This document shows, one piece after another, positions 27,262 through 39,152 of a DNA stretch of 64,000 nt (the first letter of the stretch is position 1; each line of letters starts with the position of its first letter). This stretch comes from Chiloscyllium plagiosum (taxonomy: Eukaryota). Location: the NCBI RefSeq assembly GCF_004010195.1, contig NC_057718.1, positions 40,006,101 to 40,070,100 of the forward strand, given 5' to 3'. A program made the position numbers and the translations under genes. The notes beneath the pieces are model-generated. The model saw nothing but the letters and a program-made list of their open reading frames with translations, was not told where the DNA came from and ran no database searches.

Positions 27262-28130
27262 AGGTGAAAAATGAACAAAGAGCTACAGATGCTGGAAATC
27301 TGAAATAAACAAAAATTGCTGAAGAAACTCAGCAGGTCTGCTAGCAACTGTAGAGAGAAAGCACAGTTAATGTGTCGGGTCCAGCAACCCTGCTTTAGAA
27401 CTGATTGTAGTTAGTAAAAAGGTTGGTGTATATGCTGAAGATGGGGCAAGGGAGGGGTGAGAAGTTAATGATAGGTGGAGATGAAGCCCAGAGAGAGAGA
27501 ACAGCAGCTGGACAGACAAAGGAATGGGTAAAGGTCAGCCTGGAGGAAACAATAGCTGTTAATTGGGACTATTATTAGCTGACAATGTGGTAGCAGCCCA
27601 TGTGATGTCAATGCCTGATGTGTGGAGGTTTGGAGGAAGGACATGGCAATAGGTGCTCAGGCCCTAAAATTATTGGACTCAATATTGGTGTTTGCTCTCC
27701 ATGTCCAACGTCTCCCCATACATTCCCATACGCATACCCCTCGTGCAATTGCAGCAGGTGTAACATCCCCTCCTCACAAGCAAAGACTCCACACAAACTT
27801 GCAGATGAAGCAGTGATTTACCTGCACTTCACTCAATCTAGTCTACTGTGTTTGCAGCTCACAGTGTGGTCTCCTGTACACTGGGGAGATGAAACGCAGA
27901 CTGGGTGACTGCTTTGTGGAACACTTATGTTCTGTCAGCAAAAATGACTCTGAGCCTCCTGTTGCTTGCCACTTCAACACAAGACTGTATGCCCTGTCCA
28001 ACATCTGTGTCTCAGGTCTACTTCAGTGCTCCAGCAAAACTCAGCGCAAGCTGGAAGAACAGCATCTCATTTTCTGCTTGGGAATGCTGCAGCCTTCTGG
28101 TCTTAATATTGAGTTCAATAATTTTAGGGC
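27262..28130. mobile_element. PLE with GIY-YIG endonuclease relic and inverted terminal part
   Basis: Plus strand ..LYTGEMKRRLGDCFVEH..PVACHFN..RKLEEQHLIFCLG..PSGLN (about 27700-28130); minus-strand terminal piece 27262-27690 with a degenerate hammerhead. Confidence 0.82.
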
Positions 28131-31100
28131 TCACACATTGTTGCTGATATTAGAATGTTGAGATGTGCTGATGGATGATCAGCACTGATGGCGAAAGAAA
28201 CTATACTCATTTCACTTCAGACAAAAATGTCACCACCTAGTGGTTTAATGATATAACACACATTACAATAATGCAAGTAAATATGTATTTACAGAAGCGA
28301 AGGCTAAATAAATTTAATGAACATCCATGTCCTATCTCTAATACTAACTGCACCAGGAAGTATCTCTGGGCTCTTCACTGTCATACTGCTCACTCACTCT
28401 GAGCTTATCGCGATGCTCAGAGCATCCCCACCTTGCATGGCCTTGTCTTTTGCACGTGGTCCCCTCAATCACTCCAGGCTCTGATTGCTGTTGCGCCATT
28501 CCATTTAGAGCAGACAGAAGGCCAGGAAGCTCACTATGATTATCACCAGACTTCGGTCAGGTCAAGACAGATAGTCTTTGCTCAGGATGCAGTGCAGAAG
28601 TCATTCAGTATTGGTGTTGGGAATTGCGGTAGTTGAGTGCAGGCGAGGAAAAATCTTGCCGACGATTGTGAGAGTGGTAAACTATGAGCCTTGGTGGGAG
28701 GTGGATACAGCAGCAGGTTTCAGAGAGAAACCTCTGCTGGTGGAGCAAGTCATTTACACTCTTCTGACAGGAGATGCTAGTCTTTTGATGGATATTATGG
28801 AAAATAAAGAGCATGAAAGCATGGGAAGGGTTAAAGCATGAAGACCACTGGCGATCTGTGGTCTGTGGAAGGCAGGATGGGATAAGAATAGTGGAATGCT
28901 CTTACACCAATGAGCAGAGTAAGGTTGAGGCTGAAAGGTCACTATGACGAGATAGATAACAGTAAAGATAGTCTCCCTGTTAAGTGTCATTATGACAAGA
29001 TTGGGACCATAAATATTTGGGACAGGACATTAAATATCTAATTAATAGTTAGTAGAGTCAGCTTGAGACAGGAAGACTATTGTAATAGGTGGAATAGCTA
29101 AATATCTAATCATGACAGTCTGGAATGGAAGATCACTGTAGCAGAGGTGACAATAAATATCTAACCGTGACATTAGAGTAACATTAAGTAGCATGTACAA
29201 CTAAAGAGATAATGGGAACTAACATCACTGGTTTATTGTGTAGCTGGAGTGAGGTACTTTGATTAATATAGTTGGACATGCTGATAAGCTAACAGAAACA
29301 TGATAAAAAAAAATTAAAATCCATGGACCCAGAGGTTCGGGGGCATTTGAGAATCTGCTTTGTCAGTGTCATGGTTTTTTTGTTTGCAAATAAAAGACCT
29401 ACTTCTTGAAGAACTCTCTGCATCTCCTGGTGATTCTCTACATTTTCTCCACAATAATATCGACTGAGCAGCAAGTTCTTCTGGGAACAGTGCTGGCAAG
29501 ATTGGGTGAAAATCAGACAGAGAGTTGCAATTAGAGCATATAGGTAATTAATGAGGGAGTTAGGTAAGATATGGCGAGAGAACATGCTAAACCTGCAGTG
29601 AATAACTATTCAAAAACCTCAACCCCAAAAATTGTAAAGTTCAGCCCATTGCTCTGCATTCCCATAGTGGTGAAGTGTTTGAGCACTCTGCCTTGGAAAT
29701 ATTCGTTTCCTTCTCTGTTGATTCAATCTTCTGATATGAATCCTAATTATCCTTCAACCTTGAATTTGTGCACGACCTTGAATCTGTGTCTCTTCATCTT
29801 GCTACCTGTGCACTTCTTTCTAATTGCTTAGTGAACAGCATCAGGACATGTTTTGTTTTGGATTACTTACAGTGTAGATTACATGTTATGGAGTAAGTTG
29901 TTTGCTAGTCAATTTATTCACATATTTGTAATATTAAAGATTCTTGAAAAAATTCATATAGCTCCTTCACACCTCATGGATCATATGAAGGAATAGTCAA
30001 TTGATAAATTCCAGTGTCAACAAACATTAATGAAAGTTTCTTGTAGTGTGACTGAAAATTATTTTGTAATGACCACTGAAGAAGAAGATAGTGACACTTA
30101 TCTTGATTTTGTTTTGGTGCAGTTGAAATGTGGTCAATGTTAGCAGAGCAGCATGCATGCATTCTATAGAACTGATTAGAACTAAACAAGACTTGTAGTA
30201 GGCCCAATGTACTAAATGTCACTGTGGCAAAGTGTTTATGCTCATAGTAAGTCTCAATTTCTGATTCATTGTGTGGGCAAAATTTATGATCGTATTGTCA
30301 GCCTTTATGCGTCAGATATGGATAAATAAGTGACTGTGTAGGTGGATTTCACTGTATTTCATTAACTTGGCTCAGGTGCTGTGGGAGATTAAATGTCATG
30401 CATTGCATAAACAGCCAAAACAAGGCCTTCTGCTTTGTGAAGACTTTCCTCATGTATTCAGAAATATCTGTGTTTTGGTTACTCCCACAATCCAAATGAG
30501 GAAACTTGATAAATAGCGAAGCCAGTGTCAGGTCAGGTTTCTAATGCTGGTCATTGAAAATACTTACTTAAAACAATGTAACTGCGGAGAATTTCAAAGG
30601 GATCAGCTATGAAGAAAAATAATTGGCCAAAATTTTCTGGCTTGTCAGAATGCATATGTGATGCCAGTTTTTGCAGGAAACGAGTCAGTTGAACCTATGC
30701 TGAAATTTCATTCAGTGTTCCATAAATAGTGCAAGCCATGATCAATCGGGATAACAGCAATTGGCTACTGTTTATGCCATACTGTCAGAGCTTTTTTGGT
30801 CTCTGCTGCTCCTCTTCCTCTTAGATTATTATGCAGGATTATGATATTGCATCAGTCATTTCATTGCTTCTTCCTTCTCAATATGTGGGGGTGGGGCAGT
30901 AAAGTTTTAGGCTTGCTGAAGTAAAGCAAAGGTTTGAATAAGATGTTTGATTAACTTACAAAGAAAATCACAAATAATAACCAGAAATATCTGTTATGTA
31001 GTTGTCCAATGATTTTAGAGCATGCTGTGCCTAATGTTTTGGCTATAAATCTACAATAGCACATAAGGGTGTAAAAGTGGGATACTCACTCGAACTGTTC

Positions 31101-32145
31101 TTTTGGACAGGGTGTGTTCAAGATGGTGTGGGAAAGTGGTAAAGGAAGGGCATTGGCTATGAAAGTGACTTCCAGAAGATTTTGGTAAATGATCAATTAT
31201 ATTCACATTTACTGATATTTTGTATAAAACTGGAGTGAGTCAGTAATACTTGTTCACAAAACATTTCATAATATAACTCTTCTGTTAATGTTATATCAAA
31301 AAGTTCCAGGAACCCCCAGACCAAAAAATAACATGAAGTAGAATTAAAACTCCTTATAAACATATGTGCTATTGTGTGGTTTCAGTTAAGAATGTAGACA
31401 AATGGATTAATATTATGCAGGCACTTCACTAATACCAATAATGAGACAAATGCTGGATTCTGCACCATCTGTTCAGCAGGAAGACATTTTTGGGATTATA
31501 AAGGGCCTTACTTAACTTTATTGTTCAGTGTACAAACAATAAGATGATGCAAGAATTATTTGTAGTTGATAATACAAACGTGTGCTACTGATGTGTGGCT
31601 TTATTGAATGAAGGTATTATCAAAATAAATTTTTACCCTTAAATTTAACAAATGTCCATGAGCATTAATAATTAAGTGTTTAAAACATGGCAAAATTAAA
31701 AAATGTAATGTTTAATACCCACTGCAGTTTGATTAAAAGATTGTTATGTGTATGTTGAGCTATATGATCTCTGAAAGAACTGTACATTCACAATATGTCT
31801 TGGGTCTTTTTACTTTTCCTCTTTTCCCTTCCATTTTGGAGTATAGTTCTGAGAATCCAGGTTACACTTCATTCTCCTGCTCATAATTCAAACTTGAAAA
31901 CTCATACCGTTTGGCTATTTCATTTCACAGCTATCAAAGTCAATCCTGTCCCTACTTGTTCTATACTCACAGGTATCCATATCTACGCAAAAATGTTGTA
32001 TAGCATTTATTTGATCAGTAGTGAAGATACAAACCTTATTTTCCTGCTTAGTTAAAGCCAACTGTAACATTCCTACTTTCATTCCAGTTGCGATCAGATA
32101 ACTTCAGTCCAGATACACAACCTAAGATGTTCTAGATTTATATTA

Positions 32146-32450
32146 GGGTGGCATGGTGGCTCAGTGGGTAGCACTGCTGCCTCACAGTGCCAGAGACCTG
32201 GGTTTAATTCCCACCTCAGGCAACTGTCTGTGTGGAGTTTGTGCATTCTCCCCGTGTCTGCGTGGGTTTCTGCCAGGTGCTCTGGTTTCCTCCCACAGTC
32301 CAAAAATGTGCAGGTTAGGTGAATTGGCCATGCTAAGTTACCCGTAGTGTTAGGTATAGGGGACTGGGTCAGGGTGAGTTGCTCTTTGGAGGTTCGGTGT
32401 GGACTTGTTGGGCCGGAGGGCCTGTTTCCACACTGTAAGTAATCTAATCT
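32146..32450 (+). mobile_element. HE1-type SINE
   Basis: Head, core and taatc tail. Confidence 0.9.
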
Positions 32451-32544
32451 ATATATCTTGGCTGCTCAACAAGTTTACTCATTGATGGAATTCATGGTCT
32501 AAGTGGTTACACCATGCTTACAAAATTCATTCTGCATACAAAGA

Positions 32545-32975
32545 ATATAACTGAATTGGAAAGAGTGCAGTAAAGATTTAGTAGGATGCTAGCGGGACTG
32601 GAAGATTAGAGTTATAGGAGAGGCTGGATAGGCTGGGACATTTTTTTCCCCTCGACTGTAGGAGACTGAGGGGTGACCTTATAAAGGTTTATTAAATCAT
32701 GAGAGGCATACATAAGGCACTTAGCCAACAACTTTTCCCTAGGATTCCTGATGTAGGGCTTATGCCCGAAACATCGATTCTCGTCCTCCTCAGATGTTGC
32801 CTGACCTGCTGTACTTTTACAGCACCACACTTTCGACTCTGATCACCAGCATCTGCAGTCTATAGCGGGAAATGAACTAAACACAGACAAATAGGACTCG
32901 ATTAATTGTGAAAACTGGGCAGCATGGACAAGTTGGGCTGAAGGGCCTGTTTCCATGCTGTAAACCTCTATAATT
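32545..32975 (+). mobile_element. CR1 3' relic containing a short PLE insertion (about 32742-32860)
   Basis: CR1 motifs; the insert begins at gattcctgatg..gggcttatgcccgaaac. Confidence 0.75.
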
Positions 32976-33409
32976 GTAAGCAACAATCTGTCAAAACAAC
33001 TGAATTATGCCTTCTAACTATTAAACTTATTTCATGGTAGGCTTTCTGGTGTGGTACATAGCAAATGCGTATATAGATGGGATGATCAAATATCTTTTTG
33101 GTCCAAGTGCAACTGTCCACAATGGGATATTAGATATTTTTGTGAACAGATTGATATATTGGGGCATATAAAACTGTGCAAAATCATACATTTCAACAAA
33201 CAGCTGTATCTCAAGCTGTTGTTTGCTTTGATTGCCTGAGATAGAATGCATCCATCACAACAGACTCCTGGAAAATAATCAAACACATTTGTGCTGATAT
33301 TGTGTGAATCACAGCTACCTACATAAGAAGCAAGCTAAGTGTTATCTATAAACTCTACTTTAAATGTAATGTCTTTGAAAAATAAGAAACCTAAATAATT
33401 GAATTCTGA

Positions 33410-33709
33410 TGTGGTTCTGTTCGCCGAGCTGGGAATTTGTGTTGCAGACATTTCGTCCCCTGTCTAGGTGACATCCTCAGTGCTTAGGAGCCTCCTTTGA
33501 AGCGCTTCTGTGATCTTTCCTCCGGCATTTGTAGTGATTCGTATCTGTCGCTTCCGGTTGTCAGTTCCAGCTGTCCGCTGCAGTGGTCGGTATATTGGGT
33601 CCAGGTCGATGTGCTTATTGATTGAATCTGTGGATGACACAAATCCCCAGCTCGGCGAACAGAACCACAACAACGAGCACCCGAGCTACAAATCTTCTCA
33701 CAAACTTTG
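33410..33709. mobile_element. 300-bp PLE insertion with inverted terminal repeat
   Basis: 13-bp TSD aattgaattctga (33397-33409 / 33710-33722); 33410-33442 is inverted relative to 33637-33669. Confidence 0.85.
33444..33483 (-). ncRNA. Hammerhead ribozyme motif
   Basis: Minus strand GCA-CUGAGGA-U-GUC...GAC-GAAAU-GUC-UGC. Confidence 0.6.
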
Positions 33710-34379
33710 AATTGAATTCTGAGTTCAAGGGAACTATCGAAGAATATGATTTTGGACATTACATCAAATCCAGTTTAATAATAGTGTGATTTTAAAATTA
33801 TCCCTTGTTTTGAAATTCATTGTTATAGTGTCATAGAGTCATAGAGTTGAACAGCACAGAAACAGACCCTTGAGTCCAACTCATCCATGCTGACCAGATA
33901 TTCTACATTAATCTAGTCCCATTTGCCAGCATTTGGTCCATATCCCTCTAAACACTACCTATTCATATACCCATCCAGATGCCTTTTAAATGTTGCAACT
34001 GTACCCACGTCCATCTTTATCCATTTCCTGTCTTTGAAATTTCCTGCAGCCTTGCAACTCTTCAAAATATTTTCACCACTCCAATTCTAACTCCTTGGCC
34101 CTCCTGATTAGAATAACTTGATTGTTAAAGTCATTAAGGTTTACAGCACAGAAAAAGTCCCTTTGGCCCATCAAGTCTGTGCTGATCAACATTGATGGTT
34201 ATGTTTTCAGTCATCAAGGCACTAGGTTCTGTAATTAACCATTACGTTTCTCTCTCTCTCTTCATTTCATCTCCTCTCTTTAAGAATTTTGTTAAAACAG
34301 ACTTATTTCACCAAACCTTTGGTTGCCAGTTCCAAATATTACCTTAAGAGGGAGCATTTCCTCATACTTTCTTACTCAG

Positions 34380-35222
34380 AACTCTGAGATGCAGGGGGGA
34401 TTCAGTGTACTAGTGCATAGTTTGCAAAAGGCTCATGAGCAGATGCAGAAAGTAATTAGGAAAACTAATAGACGTGTTATTTTTTTATTTTGAGAGGAAT
34501 AGAATATAAAGTTATACTTCATTTATACAGGGCACTGGTGAAAACTTGTCAAGAATACTGTGTACACTATCAGTAAGTGCGTAATTCCTTGAAAGTGGAG
34601 CCACAGCTGACAGGGTGGTGCAAAAGGCATTTTGCACGCTAGTCTTCATTGGTCAAAACATTGAGTAAAGGAGTTGGAATGTCATGTTGCAGGTGTCTAG
34701 GACATTGGTGAGGCCATTTTTACAATACTGGGTACAATTCTGGTCATCTTCCTTTCGGAAAGATGTTGTCAAAATTGAGAGGGGTGCAGAAACGACTTAC
34801 AAAGATATTGCTGGGCTTGGAGGGTTTGAGTTACAGGGAGAGGCTGAGTAGGCTGGGTTATTTTCCCTGGAGCATTGGTGGCTGAGGGGGTGACTTTATA
34901 AAATCATGAGGGGCATGGATAGGGTGAATAGCCAATAGGGTGGATGAGTCCAACACTCGAGGACATAGGTTTAATATGAGAGGGAAAGGTTTAAAAAGGC
35001 CCTGAGGGGGTACTTTTTTCACACAGAGTGTGAGGAAGTGGTGGAGGTGAGTACAATTACATAATTTAAAATGCATTTGGATGGGTATAAGAATAAGAAA
35101 AGTTCAGAAGAATATGGACCAAATGCTGGCAAATAGAACCACGCCAGATTGGGATGTCTAGTCAGCATGGATGACCGGGACTGAAGGGTTTGTTTCCATG
35201 TTGTATGAATCTATGACTCTAT
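34380..35222 (+). mobile_element. Stacked CR1 3' fragments
   Basis: Two successive LYRTLVRP-like segments; ctatgactct tail. Confidence 0.8.
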
Positions 35223-36841
35223 GCAAATACATTGGATGCAGTTCAGGGAATGTTTACTAAACTGATAGCTGGATTTGGCAGGTTGTCTTATTGAAAAGTT
35301 GGACAGGTTAGACTTACATTTGCTGAAGGTTTGCTGACATCTACAGAGCGTGCTGAAGAAACACAGCAAGTCCAACAGCATTTGCAGAGAGAGAACAGTT
35401 AACATTTTGAATCCAGTGACCCTTCGTCAGAACAGGCAGTGGACTTGAAATACTACCTTTTTTTCTCTATATAAATGCTGCTTGGCTCACTGTGTTTCTC
35501 CAGTGCTTTCTGTTTTTGCTTCAAATTGCATCCACAGTTGTTTGTGTTTATTTTGCTAACATCTAGCTTTGTTTGGTGAGTTTAGTAAGAAGGCAGTCTA
35601 AATATTAATGAGGTGGGCTGTGCATTAATACAGTTAACAATCAATAATGACTATCAGTTGTACCTCACCACTGCCTTTAGTGAAAATCTTGTCATACCAT
35701 TTGTGAAAAGCAGAAAAGAGAGAGCAAGATGATCACAATGTCAAGATGGGCCTCAAGACACTATGCATCTTTCTGAGAAGGAAGACATAAAAGGCTAACA
35801 GAAAATGTTGGATGTACTTGGCAGTTTTGGCAGCATCTATGGTCAGAGAATTGATTTAACAGGTGGAACTTAATGGTTGTTGCAATGAATGTGTCAATGG
35901 CTGGTTCCTGTCCCAGTATCCAGTTTTGAGGGCACCAATTGGGATTGAGTCCTAACTGGACAGCCATCTAGCTTGTCACAGCTTTTGGCTCCACCACCAG
36001 GAGCAGTTTTTCCATCAGTCTTTCTGTTAAGAGGCATGTGACCCACTTCTAATAGCTTCTAACTGATTAGATGCCAACAACTTTCTGTTAATAGTAGTGC
36101 CACTGATATCAATGGCCACTGCTGGTATTGCAATAGGGTATGGCAGAAAGGTTGTTGCTGCAGTGGCATACCACAGTGAGTTGGACAGGATTGTTGGGGA
36201 CAGTCATGGAGTCTGGGATGAGGGAGGTGGGTCATAGTCAAAGGCAGGAGAGTGTCTTCCCAGAGGTCCAACTGACTCCACCAGTGTATTCCTCCAGCTG
36301 GGTTAGGATTGTTGAGAATGACAAACCACCTCTACCAGGTTGCAGGCTTATCATCTAGCTCTTGCTAACTAGGCATAGACCCATCTACTGCTGTTTGAAA
36401 GCTGGCAGTGTTGAGCTGAAATTCTTGAGGGCCTTAATTGACTTCCGAGTGGGAAGGCTTGGCCCTTCCTGCACAGCACATAAACAGAAGGGGCAACCTC
36501 CTTATACCTTCCCATCTCATAAACTATTCCGAGCATCCAAGCCCTTCCTCAGAGGAGCTTTAAATTCTGTCCAACTTTTCTGATCTTTCCCTAGGATGGG
36601 GGAATTCAAGACTGGAGGCAGATTTTTAAGGTGAGAGGAGAGAGATTTAAAAAGGACGAGGGACAATTTTTTTTACACATTACAACATTTGAAAGATATT
36701 TGATTAAGTACATGAATAGGAAAGGCTTGGAGGGACATGGACCAGGGGCAAGCAGGTAGGACTAGTCTAATTTTGGATTATGTTTGGCATGCATTGGTTG
36801 GACCGAAGCGTCCGTTCCCTGCTGTATGACTGTATGACTCC

Positions 36842-37003
36842 AGGACACAGTTTAACATTTCATCTTGGAAGACAATACTTCTACAAGTGCAAAACTCCCT
36901 CAATGCTGCATTGAGGAGTCAGTGCAAATGATGTGCTGAATTTGCTGGAGTAGGGCTAGAACAACCAATCTTTCTTTTCACAAATAAGCGTGTCACTGAA
37001 CCA
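36842..37003 (-). mobile_element. DeuSINE (SacSINE1/AmnSINE1-like) fragment
   Basis: gtttaacatttcatc..gaagac..actccctcaatgctgcattg resembles the Deu domain as I recall it; tRNA-like head at the right end. Confidence 0.5.
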
Positions 37004-37107
37004 GGGTTGTTACTAAAGAAAGGATTTGAACTTGAGGTGATTCAAGCATTGGGATCGGACAATTTACATCCATGGATTTTCATAGGACCTCTCCAGTCTC
37101 GAAGCAA

Positions 37108-37352
37108 GCCATTCAGCCCACTGAGTCCACACTGTCCCTCCAAACGGCATCCCATGGCTAATCCACCTAATCAGCTCACCCCTAGACACTATGGGCTATT
37201 TAGCATGGCCAAGCCACCTAACTTACATATCTTCACTCTGTGGGAAGAAGCTAGAGCATGGGGATGAAACCCATGCAGACACGGGGAGAATATGCAAACT
37301 CCACACAGCCACCTGAGATTGAATACAAACCCAGGTCCCTGGCACTGTGAGG
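37108..37352 (-). mobile_element. Degenerate HE1-type SINE
   Basis: Core tttagcatggcca, gcagacacggggagaa. Confidence 0.8.
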
Positions 37353-37715
37353 TTCCCCAAAACACTGGAAGGCCTTTCTTTTTTGAGTATTTAATGAAAT
37401 CTAATGTCAAACAAGGGAATATGATCAGGATGACTGAACAAATGCAGCGTCCCAGTTAAGCTGTTCAGAAGGGGACAACTATCTCTTTAAAGTCCAGTCT
37501 CGTTCCGGCTGAAGGCGGGGGGGGTGGGGGGAATGTCTTTAAGGCGCGTCCACGTGGCCGCCTGTGAGAATAATTGGCCGACGTAGGGAAGGGAGGCGCG
37601 CATGCGCCCCGGCTGTTGTGTGATCGCCGCTGCCTCAGCTGGAGCCGGAGGACCAGGCCGTACTCTCGGGCAGCGGAGGGGAGGGAGTCGGCTGTGGGTG
37701 TCAATCTCACTCACC

Positions 37716-37812
37716 ATGTCCTGCAGCCTGCTGCATTTCTGCTCCTTCCAGGACCTGGGGACCGTCCGTGATTTCCTCTTTCCTCAAGTGAAAGAGGAAT
37801 CGAGCAGCGGCG
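37716..37812 (+). CDS. RAB3GAP2: Rab3 GTPase-activating protein non-catalytic subunit, coding exon 1
   Basis: Kozak-like accATG; MSCSLLHFCSFQDLGTVRDFLFPQVKEESSSG closely resembles the human N-terminus as I recall it ([28 protein letters not shown]); donor G|gtaggt, phase 1; lies in a CpG island. Confidence 0.95.
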
Positions 37813-37885
37813 GTAGGTACAGCAGAGTCCTGGCAGTTTGTGGTGATGTTCTGGGGGAAGTGGGCACCGCGGGATGGGTGAGGGG

Positions 37886-37949
37886 CCCGGCCCGGCCCGA
37901 CCCGACCCGGCGGCCTCACACACTCACTCACTCACTCACTGACTGACTG
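37886..37949 (+). repeat. (CCCGR)n then (CACT)n/(GACT)n microsatellites in intron 1
   Basis: Read directly from the sequence. Confidence 0.85.
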
Positions 37950-38669
37950 TCTCCCCTTGGTGTTGTCCCCATTCCCCGAGTCTCCTCATTCTGGACGCTG
38001 GGAAAGGCCTCCTGCTAAATGTCACTTGAGTTTGGAAGTGGAAACCCAGGGCAGCTGGGCCCAGTCTTCAGATTATTTTTTCAGTTCCAGACCACAACTT
38101 TGGTTCAGCAGCATCATATTCAAATGAAAGCTGTCATGTTTACGATGCGATCAGACACCAAGTAGAGGACTAGGAACGCACTTTAAAAAATGGCCCAGCT
38201 ATTTTTCGCATGATCTGTTTGATCAATATTTAGTTAAGGGAGTATTATCACTGGGTATGTTTCATTGCCAATATAACCCATCATATTTACATTCATGAAG
38301 TATCAGGCTGTTGATGTTCTTAGTTTAAGCAGTGTTTTTGATGGAAGATTATACCGATCAAATGTTATCTGTTGGTGTGTACACACAAGGGGTATATACT
38401 TGCCACAATGTTTGGTCTGGTATTTGCGAAAAAAAAAGACCCTGCATTTACCCATTGTAAACCAGCAATTGCAAATTCTAAAATGTCAACAAAACGAAAT
38501 GGAACTTTGGAGCTACTCAGGAAATTTATAGGAGTACTTAAGTTTGACAGTTCTAAATGATCTATGTAAATTCTTGTATAAGGTAATTAGATACAATAAA
38601 GTTATGTTATATCATGGCAACTTGTATTTATATAGTGCCTTTTTGTAATGTGATGTCTCAAGATTCTTC

Positions 38670-39018
38670 TCAAGATCCTTCTCAGGAGGATTATAAATAA
38701 AAGAATGATATTGAACTGTATATTAGATGAGGTGACCAAAATCTTGTTAAGTAGCATAGATAGTAAATAATAGGTAAAAAGCAACAAAAACACAGGTACA
38801 GGTGAATGTTAAGAGTTTGAGAGTCCATTCCGTATTCTAACAACAGTAGTGTCGAGATTGTTACGAAACCGGCTGGTGCGTGTGTTCAGGCTTCTGTACC
38901 TTCTCCCTGATGGTAGAGGTTGTGGAAAAACATTGCCGGGGTCAAGATCCTTCTCAGGAGGATTATAAATAAAAGAATGATATTGAACTGTATATTAGAT
39001 GAGGTGACCAAAATCTTG
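38670..39018 (+). repeat. Complex local duplication (77-bp repeats flanking a copy of 39237-39433)
   Basis: 38670-38746 equals 38942-39018; 38746-38942 matches 39237-39433 with 2 mismatches seen. Confidence 0.9.
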
Positions 39019-39152
39019 GTTTTTGAAAGAGGAAAGTGATATCGAGAAGCAGAGTGAATTCCAGAGCTTAGGGTCTCTGTAACTGAAGGCACAGACAATG
39101 GTGGAACATTTATAATTGGGAAGGTACAAGAGACTGGAATTAGAGGATTGTC

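Larger units (their letters stand above)
37500..37990 (+). promoter_or_regulatory. CpG-island promoter of RAB3GAP2
   Basis: The one clearly GC/CpG-rich non-repeat stretch; ETS-like TTCCGG (37503), GC box (37514), E-box CACGTG (37551), reverse CCAAT (37573), NRF1 palindrome GCGCATGCGC (37598-37607); no TATA box seen. Confidence 0.88.

Noticed and set aside
37602..37946. 114-aa ORF with an upstream in-frame ATG
   Set aside because: The ATG at 37602 is part of the NRF1 motif and probably upstream of the TSS; homology starts at 37716 and the 3' part reads into the intron
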